This document shows positions 61,030 through 64,000 of a stretch of DNA of 64,000 nt, one piece after another. Where the stretch lies: NCBI GenBank assembly GCA_963674945.2, contig CAXXWQ010000003.1:1376001-1440000 (forward strand), written 5' to 3'. Position numbers and translations under genes: made by a program. Under the pieces are notes generated by a model. It worked only from the letters and a program-made list of their open reading frames with translations. It did no database searches and was not told the DNA's origin. The stretch comes from an uncultured Desulfosarcina sp. GTDB taxonomy: Bacteria > Desulfobacterota > Desulfobacteria > Desulfobacterales > Desulfosarcinaceae. The stretch's first letter is position 1. Every line of letters begins with the position of its first letter.

Positions 61030-62120
61030 TTTTAACGGTTAAGAGTTTGGGCCGGCGCCGGTTATCTCCATAACGGTCAAACAGGATGTCGCCTTGCAAC
61101 CCGCGGAACCGCCCGATTTCCAGAAGCGTCGCTTTGAGTCGTTTCGGATCCGGATTGCTTGCAAGTGCCTGGGAGAGGACATAAACAGCCTCGTAGCTGA
61201 AGGTTTCCCAGATTTCCGGCGTGGTTTTAAAACGCCTGAAAAAATTTTCCTTGAATTCCAAAAACGCCGGCTGCCGGCTATCCCTTTGAAAAGAGTGTAC
61301 CAAGAGCAGGCCCTCCACTGCCGCGCCGCCGTTTCTCGTCAATTCCGTATGATAGGCCCATGGGCTGATAAATATGGGGCTGGTGGTATCGATCTTGCGC
61401 AGGTGCTGACAAACCATGGCGGTATCGAATGGACCGGAAATGAGAAAATAACCATCCGGGCCTGATTCTACCAGGTTCGCGGCCAAATCCGGAAAAGAGA
61501 TCCCCTTGCCGGAGGTGAAGGGTTTGGCCGTGACCCGCCCCCCCCAAATCTTCGAATGCTTCTTTAAAACGAAAAAACTTGGATTCGGCATAATCCCTGG
61601 CCGCCTGGTCATAAAGAACCGTCATTTTTCTGATCCTGCGCTTATACGCATATGTGGCGGTCTCAATACTGGTATCCGAGATGGGCGGATTGATCCTGAA
61701 CAAGTTATCGTCAACGCCTGTCAAATCGCTTGCGGCGGCAATGGGACTCAGCAGTACCACGTTAGACCGGTTGATAAGGGGAAGCGCCGCACGACACATG
61801 TCGCTATGGACGTGACCGACAATCGCCGCGACATCATCCTGGATCAACTCCCGATCCACTTTCACCGCGGTTTCCGGATCGAACAGGTCGTCTTTTACGA
61901 TCAATTTTATTTTACGACCATGAATGCCGCCTTTGGTGTTGATGTCGTCTGCTGCCAAAAGTGCACCGTTTCTGGCACCGATCACCAATGGTGCCGTCTT
62001 GGCTTTTGTCAGGTTACCGACGAATCCGATTTTAATCGGCGGTTGCTCTTTGCGACAGCTGCCGACAACGAGGACACCAATCAGAAACAAGACAGGAACC
62101 AGCAATGTTCGGTTTCCCAT
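60986..62120 (-). pseudogene. LIV-type periplasmic binding lipoprotein, +1 frameshift in a G8 run
   Basis: N-half (ORF 61278-62186) and C-half (ORF 60986-61612) align with the downstream paralog; frame break at 61538-61545. Confidence 0.85.
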
Positions 62121-62658
62121 CTCCCGTCCTTTCCATGACATTTTGAATCGTCCGATCTGAAAAATAAAGCCATGCCTGATCACCAAAATGTGAAATGGGT
62201 ATTTCCACCGAAAAGGGCGCGATAACAGAAGGGGATCACTTTATGACACGTAGCGCTTGAACGATCAGACATTTCATCACATATAACTTTTTGCCACTAT
62301 TCCCATCTAAAATACATTTCATACAAAGTCAAATACATAGAGGCTTGGAAGAAAGCATACGACACCCGGAAGTATATAAAAGAGAGAAAATAGCACAACC
62401 ATGAGAGAGAACTTCCAGGGAACTTGTTCATCAATACAAATAAGAAGAAATTTTTTATAAAGAGCTTTTCCCGTTTACCCATAGACAAAATGAGAGAATG
62501 AGTTTCTTTCGTAATACTGTTTGGCCATCTTCGGTCTGGAAAAGCTTTTTAGGGACATCCCAGGCAAATTCCGATTGTGTTGTCTGCGCAAATGCATTAC
62601 CGTCATCAGTGTCCATACAGAAACAGAAAATTCATATACGGGAAAGATCCAGAAGACA

Positions 62659-63822
62659 ATGCTGAAGCTGAACGCGCCCATCGTGATCCGGGGTATGAAG
62701 TTGAAAAATCGCGTATTGATGCCTGCCATCGGTACGCTGGCCATGCGGTTTGGACTCGACGGCCCCACCCAAGCCATCACCGACTTCTATTTCAAACGCG
62801 CCGTCGGAGGCACCGGTTCCATCGTTTTCGGTGGGCTGCCGCCTTCGGCGTTGATTCCCGAAGAGGACTTGAACCAATCCGTACCCCCGGATTTGCGCCT
62901 TACGGCATTGGAGCGTTTTGTCGCAAGAATGCACGAGGGCGGAGCAAAGGTTGGCGTACAATTGTTTCACGCCAACCTGTACCCCTCCGGGGAAGTGATT
63001 TCCGCAACCTTGCAAGACTACGTCGCCCCTTCACCGCGCGTGGAACGTCACATCCCCCCCGTGGGGCAAGAAATGCGACAGTTGACCATCCAAGAAATCG
63101 AAGCAATTATTCAAAGGTTTGCCAGAGCGGCGTTTCGTGTCAGGGAATCGGGAGCCGACTTCGTTGAATTTCATCTGGCCCACGGCCACGCCCAGATCCC
63201 ATACATGTTCTTTACCCCCCTTGAGAATCGACGGGATGACCGCTATGGGGGCGATGGTCCCGGCAGAATGAAGTTCGGCCTGGAATGCGTGGCCGCCATC
63301 AGAGAAGCCGTGGGATGGGACTATCCCCTCTTCGTCAGGCTTGGGGCCATTGACGAGGCATCCGGCGGCGTAACGCCGTCAGATGCGGCGAATTTTGCCG
63401 TTGAACTCGAAAAGGGCGGCGTCGATTGCCTCAGCGTATCCATGGGCATCTCCAGCACCACGGAACATATCAACCATATCGCGCCACTGAAGTCCAAGTC
63501 TCCCATGGGAGCCTACGTACACATGGCCCAGACCGTTAAAAAGCAAGTCGACATTCCGGTTGTGGCGGTTGGCCGGTTAAACACACCGACGCTGGCCGAG
63601 GATATCCTGGAAAAATCCCGGGCGGATATAGTCGCCATTTGCCGACAGCTCATCTGCGATCCGGCGTGGGTGACCAAAGCCATCGAAAACCGCACCGAGG
63701 AGATCGTCCCCTGCGATTCCTGCAATACCTTCTGTCTGTGTCAAGGGTCCGAAAAACAGCCCGCCACCCACTGTTGCCGCAAGACCAGGAGACCAGGAGA
63801 GGAATGGGAACGTTTCTTTTAG
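62659..63822 (+). CDS. Old Yellow Enzyme-family NADH:flavin oxidoreductase with C-terminal Cys cluster
   Basis: LKNRVLMPA, QLFHA, HLAHG, NRRDDRYGG and CDSCNTFC motifs. Confidence 0.88.
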   Translation: MLKLNAPIVIRGMKLKNRVLMPAIGTLAMRFGLDGPTQAITDFYFKRAVGGTGSIVFGGLPPSALIPEEDLNQSVPPDLRLTALERFVARMHEGGAKVGVQLFHANLYPSGEVISATLQDYVAPSPRVERHIPPVGQEMRQLTIQEIEAIIQRFARAAFRVRESGADFVEFHLAHGHAQIPYMFFTPLENRRDDRYGGDGPGRMKFGLECVAAIREAVGWDYPLFVRLGAIDEASGGVTPSDAANFAVELEKGGVDCLSVSMGISSTTEHINHIAPLKSKSPMGAYVHMAQTVKKQVDIPVVAVGRLNTPTLAEDILEKSRADIVAICRQLICDPAWVTKAIENRTEEIVPCDSCNTFCLCQGSEKQPATHCCRKTRRPGEEWERFF

Positions 63823-64000
63823 CACTCCTTTCCGAATGGTCATGAATTTTCTGACAGGGTGGTTTTGCCCCCCATTTTCCACCACTTTTTTCAGTATTAA
63901 GCCCTACGCCCCCCCGACGATACAGAATCCAACAGCACAATAGTGCATGAACCGGCAACCGGCACCGCATTCAGGACCGACTGTAACCGATGCCTGCGAA

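Noticed and set aside
62297..62488. AT-rich hydrophobic short ORF
   Set aside because: No recognisable motif or RBS; may be a remnant but cannot be supported
63839..63856. Another TGTCAG-type motif (…ATTTTCTGACA)
   Set aside because: Single partial site with no clear -24/-12 promoter inside the window
68..63970. Numerous antisense and alternate-frame ORFs and long N-terminal extensions (e.g. 4535-5524, 29525 start, 18231 start, 52665 start)
   Set aside because: Shadows of well-supported genes; better starts with RBS exist downstream
1..64000. CRISPR array, tRNA, rRNA, intact transposase or integrase
   Set aside because: No regularly spaced direct repeats or matching motifs were seen by eye

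Overview
Bacterial genomic window. Gene content and intergenic repeat types suggest a sulfate-reducing Desulfobacterales/Desulfosarcina-like organism (inference). Bases 1-28.4 kb form a mostly minus-strand transport and signalling supercluster. It holds three paralogous Cache-domain histidine kinases, seven receiver-domain proteins with no DNA-binding output, two DASS/SLC13 and one TauE/SafE anion transporters, a PEP-synthase-like phosphohistidine protein, a PilZ protein next to a catalytically degenerate glycogen synthase, a Pat-type acyl-CoA ligase/GNAT fusion, an AcuB-like CBS-ACT protein and two USPs. Five sigma54-type promoters (four canonical GG-N10-GC, one GA variant) each have copies of the same ~17-bp TGTCAG...TTT(A/G)CA upstream motif. 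One of them drives a predicted PPi-type phosphofructokinase 17 kb away, so this looks like an unassigned enhancer-binding-protein regulon whose activator is not in the window. Bases 29-39 kb: AEC transporter, truA, antiporters, an MCE operon lacking its permease, and vapBC with a nonsense-inactivated toxin. Bases 39-52 kb: accessory region with integron attC-like sites, GNAT, diguanylate cyclase, methyltransferases, a secreted metacaspase, DsrE, DUF6765 and a PLA2-like protein. Bases 52-64 kb: two flavin oxidoreductases around hybrid kinases and tandem periplasmic binding proteins, one frameshifted. Several MITE/REP-like intergenic elements occur. No rRNA, tRNA or CRISPR array was seen.
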